Source of the DNA: Deltaproteobacteria bacterium
Lineage (GTDB): Bacteria; Desulfobacterota; Dissulfuribacteria; Dissulfuribacterales; QOAL01
Direction: 5' to 3'
NCBI GenBank assembly: GCA_026995935.1
Contig: JALWNK010000005.1
Location: forward strand, 1,072-65,071
Length of the DNA: 64,000 nucleotides
In this document: piece by piece, positions 26,729 through 35,858 of the stretch
Numbering within the stretch: position 1 is the first letter of the stretch
Layout of the letters: every line of letters starts with the position of its first letter
Made by a program: the position numbers and the translations under genes
The notes under the pieces: generated by a model
The model's input: only the letters and a program-made list of their open reading frames with translations
Databases searched by the model: none
Told to the model about the DNA's origin: nothing

Positions 26729-26743
26729 AGCAAGGGCAGTTAC

Positions 26744-28672
26744 CTATTGAACGGGCAAGGAATGGACCTTGGCTGGCTCCACGCTGCCGGCTGACACGCT
26801 TTCCATAATCTCCTTACATGCAGAGACAACAGAGTCGACATCCAGGCCAACCTCCTTCCTCAGGAGCTGCTGGCTGCCGTGCTGGATGAATCTGTCAGGC
26901 AGGCCAAGGCGCCTGACCCTTACGTCTGAAAATCCCTTATCTGCCAGGGCCTCCAGTATTGCTGAGCCGAAACCTCCCATAAGGGCATTTTCTTCAATGG
27001 TAACTATCTTTCCAAAATCCCTGGCGGTTCTTTCCAGAAGTTCCATGTCCAGGGGTTTTACAAACCTTGCATTTATCACAGAGGCCTTAATTCCTTTTCT
27101 TTCGAGTTCTTCAGCAGCAAGAAGCGCAGTATGGACGTGATGGCCTATTGCCCAAATGGCAAGATCTGATCCCTCTTTGAGCATCTCTGCCTTTCCTATC
27201 TCGAGCTCCTTTAGCTGCCAGTCGAGGCTCACTCCTACCCCGTTTCCCCTGGGATATCTCACAGCTGCAGGGCCATCACACCTGACCGCCGTATAAAGCA
27301 TGTGCTGAAGCTCGTTTTCATCCTTTGGAGCCATGACCAGCATGTTGGGTATCATCCTGAGGTAAGACAGATCAAAGACTCCGTGATGGGTCGGTCCGTC
27401 ATCGCCCACTAGCCCTCCCCTGTCCAGGGCAAAAACCACCGGAAGTTTGGTGAGACAGACATCGTGAATTATCTGGTCAAAGGCCCTCTGTAAGAAGGTG
27501 GAATAAATGGCAACCACTGGTTTCAGACCCTCGAGTGCCATCCCTGCCGCAAAGGTGACAGCATGCTGCTCTGCAATTCCAACGTCAAAAAACCTGTCTG
27601 GAAGGGCCTCCTGAAGCGCCTTGAGCCCGGTACCCGCAGGCATCGCCGCAGTTATTCCAACAATCCGGGAATCCTCCCTTGCCAGCCTGACCATGGTCTG
27701 ACCAAATATCTCCGTATAGGAGGGAGGCTTGGGCGTAGAGGACTTCTTGGGCTTTCCTGTCTCTATATCAAAGGGGCCAAGACCATGAAAGAGGTCTGGA
27801 TGTTTTTCAGCAGGGGCATAACCCTTCCCCTTCTTTGTCAGCACATGAACCAGCACCGGTCCAGGCACGTTTTTCACGTTCTCAAAGGTCTCTATCAGGG
27901 TGTCGATATGGTGGCCTGGTATGGGCCCCACATACTCAAACTGAAGGGCCTCAAAGAGCATTCCTGGCGTAAGCAGGCTTTTTAACGAATCCTCACTCTT
28001 TTTAAGAACCTGCCATATATTTTCTCCCACCTCGGTACGCTTCAAAAAGGACTCAAGCTCACCCTTAAGCTTTGTAGCAAGCCTGCTGGTGAGCTTCCGG
28101 CTCAAAAAGGAGGACAGGGCCCCAACGTTGGGGGATATGGACATCTCGTTGTCGTTCAAGACAACTATGAGATCCTTCCTCAAGTGGCCTGCGTTGTTCA
28201 GGGCCTCAAAGGCCATGCCAGCCGTCATGGAGCCATCTCCTATTACGGCCACCACCTTTCCATCCTTTTCAAGGAGGGAAAGGGCAGTGCTTATTCCAAG
28301 GGCTGCAGATATGGATGTGCTGCTGTGTCCAGTGTCCAGGATGTCGTGCTCACTCTCTGACCTTTTGGGAAAGCCGCTGATTCCATCCTGCTGCCTCAAG
28401 GTGGAAAAACGATCCCTCCTGCCCGTTATCAGTTTATGGGCATAGGACTGGTGGCCAACATCCCATATAATCTTGTCCTTGGGGGATTCAAAACAGTAAT
28501 GAAGGGCCAGGGTGAGCTCCACCACCCCCAGGCTTGGCGCAAGGTGCCCGCCCTTTTCAGAAACCGTTGTCACTATGGTCTTTCTTATTTCCTTTGCAAG
28601 ATCCTTCAGCTCTTTCTGGCTGAGCTTCTTGAGATCGTCAGGGCTGTCAATTTTCTTAAGTAAGCAAGACAT
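26744..28672 (-). CDS. dxs: 1-deoxy-D-xylulose-5-phosphate synthase
   Basis: 642 aa with [22 protein letters not shown] and [15 protein letters not shown] (TPP-binding) motifs. Confidence 0.95.
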   Translation of the reverse strand: MSCLLKKIDSPDDLKKLSQKELKDLAKEIRKTIVTTVSEKGGHLAPSLGVVELTLALHYCFESPKDKIIWDVGHQSYAHKLITGRRDRFSTLRQQDGISGFPKRSESEHDILDTGHSSTSISAALGISTALSLLEKDGKVVAVIGDGSMTAGMAFEALNNAGHLRKDLIVVLNDNEMSISPNVGALSSFLSRKLTSRLATKLKGELESFLKRTEVGENIWQVLKKSEDSLKSLLTPGMLFEALQFEYVGPIPGHHIDTLIETFENVKNVPGPVLVHVLTKKGKGYAPAEKHPDLFHGLGPFDIETGKPKKSSTPKPPSYTEIFGQTMVRLAREDSRIVGITAAMPAGTGLKALQEALPDRFFDVGIAEQHAVTFAAGMALEGLKPVVAIYSTFLQRAFDQIIHDVCLTKLPVVFALDRGGLVGDDGPTHHGVFDLSYLRMIPNMLVMAPKDENELQHMLYTAVRCDGPAAVRYPRGNGVGVSLDWQLKELEIGKAEMLKEGSDLAIWAIGHHVHTALLAAEELERKGIKASVINARFVKPLDMELLERTARDFGKIVTIEENALMGGFGSAILEALADKGFSDVRVRRLGLPDRFIQHGSQQLLRKEVGLDVDSVVSACKEIMESVSAGSVEPAKVHSLPVQ

Positions 28673-28689
28673 ATGGACAAAACTCCTCT

Positions 28690-29589
28690 TTATCTGTCTC
28701 TTTCTACAACGTAAATGGCTATGGCCCTCAGGGGGTCAGCCTCAGGCCCGAAACCGGAGAGGTTTTCAAGGGCCTCATTCTTGAGCTCCTCTGCCCTTTT
28801 TCGGGTCTCCTCAAGGCCAAAAAGGGCAGGATAGGTGGCCTTTCTGTTTCTCTCATCCGAACCAACCGGTTTTCCAAGCTTTTCCTCATCGCCAACAACA
28901 TCCAGGAGATCATCCACCACCTGAAAAGCCAGGCCAAGTGCCGTTCCGTATCTGGACAGTCTTTCGACCTGTTGGGGGCCGCCACCACCAAGTAGTGCAC
29001 CCATTTCCACCGACGCCCTTATGAGCGCCCCAGTTTTATGACGGTGGATATAGTCTAGGGTTTGGGCATCTATGGGTTTGCCTTCAAACAGCACGTCTGC
29101 CGTCTGCCCTCCGACCATGCCAGAAACACCTGCTGCCCTTGCAAAAACATGAATGGCACGGTTCACAAGGCCACCATCCAGCTGAGTCAGCATCTCAGGA
29201 TGTGTCATGAGCTCAAAGGCATAGGTAAGAAGCGCATCACCGGCAAGAATGGCAACGGCCTCACCAAAGACCTTGTGACAGGTCGGTTTTCCGCGTCTAA
29301 GATCGTCATCGTCCATGGCAGGAAGATCATCATGGATAAGAGAGTATGTATGAACGCACTCCATGGCACATGCTGCCGGCATTATGGGGTTGAAATCCCC
29401 TCCAACTGCTTCGCAGGCGGCCATCATCAGGATGGGCCTCACCCTTTTACCACCAGCAGAAAGGCTGTAACGCATTGCCTCAACCACCTTTCCAGAGGGG
29501 CCTTGCGGCTTTGGCAAAAAAACATCCAGGTTGCTGTCCACAATTTCTTTGCGTTTCTGGATGTAATCTTTTAGCGGAAAATTATTCAT
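28690..29589 (-). CDS. ispA: Polyprenyl (farnesyl/geranylgeranyl) diphosphate synthase
   Basis: Has the two aspartate-rich motifs [17 protein letters not shown] and [10 protein letters not shown] prefer ATG 29589; the track uses TTG 29622. Confidence 0.88.
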   Translation of the reverse strand: MNNFPLKDYIQKRKEIVDSNLDVFLPKPQGPSGKVVEAMRYSLSAGGKRVRPILMMAACEAVGGDFNPIMPAACAMECVHTYSLIHDDLPAMDDDDLRRGKPTCHKVFGEAVAILAGDALLTYAFELMTHPEMLTQLDGGLVNRAIHVFARAAGVSGMVGGQTADVLFEGKPIDAQTLDYIHRHKTGALIRASVEMGALLGGGGPQQVERLSRYGTALGLAFQVVDDLLDVVGDEEKLGKPVGSDERNRKATYPALFGLEETRKRAEELKNEALENLSGFGPEADPLRAIAIYVVERDR

Positions 29590-29783
29590 ATTTTTTGAAA
29601 AGGCATCGGAATATTCCAGCAAATCGGAAAAAGATTAGACCTATAAGACTAACTTTTCTTTCCAGAATATGTCAAATCTTTTTTTGTACGGCCTAGGTAA
29701 AAAAAATCAAGAATAATCACTGGCGTAGATGAAAATTCATTGGCAGCGTAGAAGATGACAGGAGAAGAAGACATAAGCGGCAA

Positions 29784-29860
29784 TGGTCGGGGCGGAGGGA
29801 TTTGAACCCCCGGCCCTCTGCTCCCAAAGCAGATGCGCTACCAGACTGCGCCACGCCCCG
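29784..29860 (-). tRNA. tRNA-Pro (anticodon TGG), CCA encoded
   Basis: The reverse complement reads CGGGGCGTGGCGCAGTCTGGTAGCGCATCTGCTTTGGGAGCAGAGGGCCGGGGGTTCAAATCCCTCCGCCCCGACCA. The anticodon loop is TTTGGGA. Confidence 0.9.
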
Positions 29861-29913
29861 ACCCGGCATTGAAAAACGGCTGTTGTTTACCACAAATCAC
29901 AGGACGGTTCAAG

Positions 29914-30447
29914 TTATTCGTTACCAAGCAGGCATATGCCCTTATAAAGATAATCAAGCCCTGAGGCAACGGTAAGTATTGCCGTAATTACGTAGCAGCC
30001 CACAAGGAGCCTTCCAAGTTCCATGTGTGTCACAGTGGAAAAAAGCACTGTAAAAATCGTAAGAAGCTGAAACAAAGTGGTCAACTTGCTAATGACTGTG
30101 GGATGTATCTCTATTCCAGACTGAAAAAGTAGAAGCACCAGGACGCCAAACACTATAATCATGTCCCTGCTGATTACCGTGACGGCCAGCCAGTTGGGCA
30201 CAAAACCCATAACCGCCAGGGTGACATAGGCGGAGGCCAGTAGTGCCTTGTCCGCTATTGGATCAAGGATTGCGCCAATGCGGGTCTTCTGCTTCATGAT
30301 CCTTGCAAGAAACCCATCCAAGCCATCCGAGACCCCGGCTGCTACAAAGACCACAAAGGCCCAGTCAAAACGATGATTGATCAGAAAGATCACGAGAAGA
30401 GGCGTGAGAAGTATCCTCAAGATGGTCAAAAGGTTTGGAAGATTCAA
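29914..30447 (-). CDS. pgsA: CDP-diacylglycerol--glycerol-3-phosphate 3-phosphatidyltransferase (CDP-alcohol phosphatidyltransferase family)
   Basis: Has the motif DGLDGFLAR-x8-G-x3-DPIADK and multiple TM segments. Confidence 0.8.
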   Translation of the reverse strand: MNLPNLLTILRILLTPLLVIFLINHRFDWAFVVFVAAGVSDGLDGFLARIMKQKTRIGAILDPIADKALLASAYVTLAVMGFVPNWLAVTVISRDMIIVFGVLVLLLFQSGIEIHPTVISKLTTLFQLLTIFTVLFSTVTHMELGRLLVGCYVITAILTVASGLDYLYKGICLLGNE

Positions 30448-31391
30448 TTTACGGCCTTCCAGATGTCTCTTGCTTCAAGGAGCTTTTCAGCATGAAACCA
30501 CCTTATCCCCGGCTCCTTCCTGAACCATGTAAGCTGTCTCTTGGCATAACGGCGGGTATCGCGCTTCATCTCCCAAATGGCCTGTGAAAACTCCTTTTCG
30601 TGTTGAAGGTACGAGATAATATGCCGGTATCCAATGGATTGCAAGGGCTTAAGCCCTGGAGAAAGCCCCCTTGACAAGAGACCGGTCACCTCTTCCAAAA
30701 AACCTTGCCTCATCATCTGGTCCACCCTTTCATCAATCCGTCTGTAGAGCCTTTCCCTCTCCACCATAAGACCAATCTTGATCATTGTTCGCCCTTCAAG
30801 TGAAGGACAAAGTTGTTTATCATGCTCCCTAACCAGTTTGTCAAAGGGTACTGAAGAACTCAAGAAAAGCTCAAGGGCCCTTGAAAGCCTGTAGGTATCC
30901 CTGGGATGAATGGCCTTGGCCCTTTGAGGATCAAATGAGGAAAGGAGCCTGTGGACATCTTCATGCCCATATTCCTTGATCATCTTCCGCACAAAATTCC
31001 TTATGGCAGGGGATGTTCCTGGCAGTATCGAAAGCCCCCGTTCAAGAGACCTTAGATAAAACCCTGTTCCGCCAACCAATACGGGCACCTTTCCCCTTGA
31101 GATTACAAGTTCCATGGCCCTTGCCGCAAGCCTTACAAAGGATGTAGCATCCATGACCTCCCAGGGCTCGCGAATGTCTATGAGGTGGTGGACAACACCT
31201 TGCCGCTCCTGCGTAGAGGGCTTTGCGGAGCCAATATCGAGGCCCCGGTACATCTGGACAGAGTCCAGGTTTATGACCTCTCCCCCAAGCCTTTTGGCAA
31301 GCCTAATGGACACAGAGGTCTTACCCGTTGCAGTTGGACCAAGAACTGCAATCACCGGGAATCTGTCAGGAAGTTGAGGATAATCGCTCAA
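30444..31391 (-). CDS. miaA: tRNA dimethylallyltransferase
   Basis: Has the P-loop GPTATGKT and the DSVQMYRGLDIGSAKP and HHLID motifs. Confidence 0.9.
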   Translation of the reverse strand: MSDYPQLPDRFPVIAVLGPTATGKTSVSIRLAKRLGGEVINLDSVQMYRGLDIGSAKPSTQERQGVVHHLIDIREPWEVMDATSFVRLAARAMELVISRGKVPVLVGGTGFYLRSLERGLSILPGTSPAIRNFVRKMIKEYGHEDVHRLLSSFDPQRAKAIHPRDTYRLSRALELFLSSSVPFDKLVREHDKQLCPSLEGRTMIKIGLMVERERLYRRIDERVDQMMRQGFLEEVTGLLSRGLSPGLKPLQSIGYRHIISYLQHEKEFSQAIWEMKRDTRRYAKRQLTWFRKEPGIRWFHAEKLLEARDIWKAVN

Positions 31392-31401
31392 TTTTTAATA
31401 A

Positions 31402-33213
31402 TCACTTTCTGAAAAACCTGGAATAGAGCTCTTCTTTTCCAAGCCGGATCATGACGGGTCTTCCGTGGGGGCAGTTTTTGACCCCCTCATTAAGACACTC
31501 CCTTACCAGCTTATCCATTTCAGCCCCTGACATGGCACTTCCCGCCTTTATGGCATTTGAGCAGGAAATACGCTCAAGAAGGTGTCTCAATATCTCTTTT
31601 TCAGGAAGCTGTGGCTCCTTAAGTGCCCGTTCCACTATTCCCCTAACAAGACCCCTGTCTATCTCCCTTTCAAACAGGGACAAGGGTACGGCCCTTACGA
31701 TGACCTGATTCTCTCCAAAGCCTTCAATCTCGAGACCCAATCTTTCAAGAAGCCTTTGCGCCTTTTTCAGGTTTTCCATTTTGGAGGCATCTATCTCAAG
31801 GACCTCTGGCAAAAGGAGCTGCTGGCTGTCAAGCCTGCCTGATTCGGCAAGTTCCCTGTTAAGTCTCTTAAAGATAAGGGCCTCGTGGGCAGCATGCTGA
31901 TCAAGGATGAAAAGTGCCTCATCAAGTTCAAAGATCACAAAGCTATTGGCAAACTGCCCGATAATCCTTGAAGAATTCTTAGTCTTGTCCGCACCTTTAA
32001 AATCACCACCAAAGGTCTTAGCTTCTTCTTTTTGAAAGGGTTCATATCCTGGCCTTTGCTCTGCCACCTTTTTATCATTTTCCCAGGGAAGTGGAAAAAG
32101 CCCCCCAGTCTCTCCTGTTTCCCTTTTCTCCGTCTTTTCTTCTAGGGGTGCTTGCAGCGGCGGTAAAGGGCCTTCCAGGCCCTCCGGTACCTTCTCATTT
32201 TGAAAAGATACCAGACAGACTCCATCCCTGTTCTCTAGGGCCCTCCTCAGGGAATGAAAAACCATTCGGTAAATATCGTTTGGCCTTTCAAAGCGTACCT
32301 CACTCTTTGTGGGATGGACGTTTACGTCAACAAGTTCTGGGTCGATTTCCAGAAAGAGCACACCTGCAGGATGGTTTCCCTTCACCAGAAACCCCCTAAG
32401 GGCATCGTTTGCAGCCTTCCATAAAACAGGGCTTGAAACAGGCCGCTTGTTCAGGAAAAAATAGAGATGTCGTCTCGAAAGCCTGACCTTTTCTGGCTCG
32501 GAAACAAATCCGTTAATGTTAAGGCCTTCTGACTTGCCGCTTACCGCAAGGAGTGCTCCAGTAACCTGTCTGCCTAAAAGGGGCTCCACCCTCTTTTTTA
32601 AAGAAACCCCTGATTTGCAAGAAAGCACTAATTTCTTTTCCTTTTTCATTTTAAAATCCACCTCTGGCCATGCTGCACAAAAAAGGTGGATGACCTTGAT
32701 GCATCTTGCGTACTCGGTCTGGTCAGACTTTAGAAACTTTGCCCTGGCAGGTGTCTTTAAGAAAAGGTCCTCAACACTCACCACTGTCCCCCTGGGACAA
32801 GCCTGGGGACGCACCTTCCCCATCTTCCCAAAGGCCACATCCAGCCTCCAGCCCTCACTTGTACCTTCCTGCCTGGAAGAGATGGATAACCGGCTGACAG
32901 CACCGATACTGGCCAGGGCCTCGCCGCGGAACCCAAGTGTTGTAATCCGGGAAAGATCCTCTGCGGTTTCGATCTTGCTTGTGGCATGGGGTTCGACACT
33001 GAATTCAAGGTCCTCCCGCGACATTCCCACACCGTTATCCCTTACTTCTATACGCCTTTTGCCACCTCCTGAAAGGCCTATTTCAATGGAGGTTGCGCCG
33101 GCATCCAGGGCATTTTCCACAAGCTCCTTTACCACTGAAGCAGGCCTTTCCACCACCTCCCCGGCAGCGATCTGATTAGCCAAATGGACTGGCAGCCTTT
33201 TTACCTTTGGCAT
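31402..33213 (-). CDS. mutL: DNA mismatch repair protein MutL
   Basis: Has N-terminal IAAGEVVERPASVVKELVENALDAGA and a GHKL ATPase. The C-terminal dimerisation domain carries ...CPHGRP. Confidence 0.92.
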   Translation of the reverse strand: MPKVKRLPVHLANQIAAGEVVERPASVVKELVENALDAGATSIEIGLSGGGKRRIEVRDNGVGMSREDLEFSVEPHATSKIETAEDLSRITTLGFRGEALASIGAVSRLSISSRQEGTSEGWRLDVAFGKMGKVRPQACPRGTVVSVEDLFLKTPARAKFLKSDQTEYARCIKVIHLFCAAWPEVDFKMKKEKKLVLSCKSGVSLKKRVEPLLGRQVTGALLAVSGKSEGLNINGFVSEPEKVRLSRRHLYFFLNKRPVSSPVLWKAANDALRGFLVKGNHPAGVLFLEIDPELVDVNVHPTKSEVRFERPNDIYRMVFHSLRRALENRDGVCLVSFQNEKVPEGLEGPLPPLQAPLEEKTEKRETGETGGLFPLPWENDKKVAEQRPGYEPFQKEEAKTFGGDFKGADKTKNSSRIIGQFANSFVIFELDEALFILDQHAAHEALIFKRLNRELAESGRLDSQQLLLPEVLEIDASKMENLKKAQRLLERLGLEIEGFGENQVIVRAVPLSLFEREIDRGLVRGIVERALKEPQLPEKEILRHLLERISCSNAIKAGSAMSGAEMDKLVRECLNEGVKNCPHGRPVMIRLGKEELYSRFFRK

Positions 33214-35066
33214 CTCTTGGTCTCTTCTTCCCTGAAAAAGTCGTAAACAGCCTTGGCCACCTTAAGAGGAAGCCCTGGAACGGACTTTAGTTCCTCTATT
33301 GGGGCCGAGGCTATTGCCTTGACGCTTCCAAAGTGGGCCAAAAGAAGGGCCTTTCTCCTTTCACCAACACCCGGAATGGAAGAAAGCACGGAAGTCAGGG
33401 CCTTCCTGGTGCGTCTTTTCCTGTGGCGTGTTAGGCCGAACCTGTGGGCCTCATCCCGCACCCTTTGACAAAACCTCAGTTCCTCACCGCCTCTGTCAAG
33501 AAAAATGGGCTCAGACCTTTGTGGAAGGTATATCTTTTCGCCCTCCCCCGTCCTGTCCTTGGCAATGGAGATTATATCAAGGCTGTCAAGGGCGCTAAGC
33601 TCCCTGGCAGATTGAATGGCTGCAGAAAGCTGCCCCCTGCCTCCATCAATTATAAAAAGATGGGGAAGGTCCCCTGCCTCTAAGCCCCTTTTTATGCGCC
33701 TGTGTACCACCTGCCTTATCATCGCATAATCATCAGGGCCTGAAATGCCAATATTGTACTGCCGGTAACAGTCCTTGGCGGGGAGACCTCCCTTGAAACA
33801 GACCAGGCTTCCTACGGACTCAAGCCCAGATGTGTTTGATATGTCCACGCCTTCCACGCGGTAAGGATTTGTTTTGAGCCCGAAAAGCCGTTTAAGCCTT
33901 AATGAAAGCCCTGACCATCTGTCCCTAAGAGAGATTTCATAATCAAGTTTTTGAGATGCATTTACCCTTGCGGTTTCAAAAAGACGCCTTCTGATACCTC
34001 TTTTTGCATTCCCAATGAACACCCTTTTCCCTTTAAGCCCTGTCAAGATAGCAGAAAGTTCGCTGGCCTTTTTCTCACTTAGCACCTCGGGAATTACGAT
34101 CTCCCGTGGAATCTCAGTATTTGCGTAAAAGAGCCTTATGAAGTTGAAATATATCTGCCCCATATCCTCTTCAAGGCCCGTTTTTAAGCCAAATGCCTGC
34201 TTCTGACGAAGTATTCCCTCCCTTACCTTCAAAACAGCAGCCTGGGCACAGGCCCCCCTTAATTCTATTGCAATCACGTCGAGTTCTAAGGGCCTTTTGG
34301 AAACCACGTTCTGCTCTTCCACTACCCCCTCAATTGCCTGGATGGAATCCCTGAGCATGGCTGCCCTTTCAAAGTTCAGGGCAAGGGCAGCCTCTTCCAT
34401 CTCTTTTTTGAGCCCCTTTAGCACCATTGCTGTTTTTCCGTTCAGAAACTGCCTTATCCTCTCAATGGTCTCCTGATATTTTTTTTCAGAAATCCTTCCT
34501 GCACATGGGGCCGAGCACTTGCCCACCTGGTACTTGAGACATGGCCTGCTCCTGTTCTTCATGTAGGAATCCGTACAGGTCCTTGGCCTGAAAAGGGAAG
34601 ATATGAGATTAAGAATGCGCCTAAGCTCTGTAGAGGAGGTATAGGGGCCAAAATACAGAGCACCATCCCGTCGCCTTTTTCTTACAAGACTTAGCCTTGG
34701 AAAGGCGGACCCTGTACCTATGCGCAGAAATGGGTAGGCCTTGTCATCCCTTAGTCTTATGTTGTAACGGGGTTTTAGCTCTCCAATAAGTTCTGCCTCA
34801 AGAATCAGGGCCTCCTTTTCTGAGGCTGTCACAATAACGTCCAGGTACCTGGCCCTTCTGAGCATAACCTCGGTCTTTGGAGGATGCACAGCGCCCTTTC
34901 GCAAGTAGGAAGAGAGCCTGTTTCTTAGGACCTTGGCCTTTCCAACATAAATGGGCCTTACCTCTTCATCCATGAAGATGTAAATACCGGGCCTTTTGGG
35001 CACAAGCGTGATATCAAAGCCCTTATCCAACCTGTACTTGAGGGCCCTTTTATCAAAATCCATCAT
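33201..35066 (-). CDS. uvrC: Excinuclease ABC subunit C
   Basis: Has a GIY-YIG N-terminus (GIYIF...IYVGKA), a UVR domain, and a C-terminal endonuclease domain plus HhH. Confidence 0.92.
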   Translation of the reverse strand: MMDFDKRALKYRLDKGFDITLVPKRPGIYIFMDEEVRPIYVGKAKVLRNRLSSYLRKGAVHPPKTEVMLRRARYLDVIVTASEKEALILEAELIGELKPRYNIRLRDDKAYPFLRIGTGSAFPRLSLVRKRRRDGALYFGPYTSSTELRRILNLISSLFRPRTCTDSYMKNRSRPCLKYQVGKCSAPCAGRISEKKYQETIERIRQFLNGKTAMVLKGLKKEMEEAALALNFERAAMLRDSIQAIEGVVEEQNVVSKRPLELDVIAIELRGACAQAAVLKVREGILRQKQAFGLKTGLEEDMGQIYFNFIRLFYANTEIPREIVIPEVLSEKKASELSAILTGLKGKRVFIGNAKRGIRRRLFETARVNASQKLDYEISLRDRWSGLSLRLKRLFGLKTNPYRVEGVDISNTSGLESVGSLVCFKGGLPAKDCYRQYNIGISGPDDYAMIRQVVHRRIKRGLEAGDLPHLFIIDGGRGQLSAAIQSARELSALDSLDIISIAKDRTGEGEKIYLPQRSEPIFLDRGGEELRFCQRVRDEAHRFGLTRHRKRRTRKALTSVLSSIPGVGERRKALLLAHFGSVKAIASAPIEELKSVPGLPLKVAKAVYDFFREEETKRCQR

Positions 35067-35781
35067 TCAGCAATTCTTTCATAAGAAGGGCATCCCTGGC
35101 AGCACTTCCGTCATCTGTGTTATCGAAATAGACAAAGGCTTCCCTGCCCCAGTTTTTTAGAAGACGCACCCATTTTTTGAGTCCAGATTTGCCGTAGGCG
35201 CCCCTGTACAGGCCGTGAGTGCCGTGAAGACGAATATATGTAAAATCTGCCGTAAAGACCTCTGCCATTGGGTATCTGCCATTGGTATCGCTAATAACCC
35301 ATGAAATATTCCTCTTTTTAAGCTCGCTGTACACCTCATCAACGAACCAGGACTCATTCCTTGCCTCCCATGCCACTCTTACTCCCCCTGGAAGCATGTG
35401 GAGGAAGGCCCTAAAACGCCTTCCATCATACTTGAGGCTTGGAGGAAGCTGAAACAGCACAACTCCCAGCTTCTCTTTTAAAATAAGCGCCCTTTTAAAA
35501 AACATATCAACCGAATCCTTCTCGACCTCAAGGCGTCTAATATGGGTGATGAAGCGAGGGGCCTTGACCGCCCAGACAAAGCCTTCTGGAGTCCTGTCAT
35601 GCCAGCCCTGCCATGTCTTTTCCATAAATGACCTGTAGAAGGATGCATTTAACTCCACTGTGTCAAAAAACTGGGCGTAGGTCTCGAGGTAGCGCCTCTT
35701 TGGCGTATCAGGACCATAAACCGTACCGATAAAGCTTTCGTAGTTCCATCCGCTGGTTCCAATTAGATAACATGCATCCAT
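35053..35781 (-). CDS. DUF72-family protein
   Basis: 242 aa with GTSGW, FDTVELNASFY and QLPPS motifs. Confidence 0.75.
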   Translation of the reverse strand: MDACYLIGTSGWNYESFIGTVYGPDTPKRRYLETYAQFFDTVELNASFYRSFMEKTWQGWHDRTPEGFVWAVKAPRFITHIRRLEVEKDSVDMFFKRALILKEKLGVVLFQLPPSLKYDGRRFRAFLHMLPGGVRVAWEARNESWFVDEVYSELKKRNISWVISDTNGRYPMAEVFTADFTYIRLHGTHGLYRGAYGKSGLKKWVRLLKNWGREAFVYFDNTDDGSAARDALLMKELLNDGF

Positions 35782-35858
35782 AAATGATATCCCTGTTAAG
35801 AGATGGGGAACTTATTTGTTTAAAAAATAAATCTGATCCGACAGGAAAAAAAGGGAGA

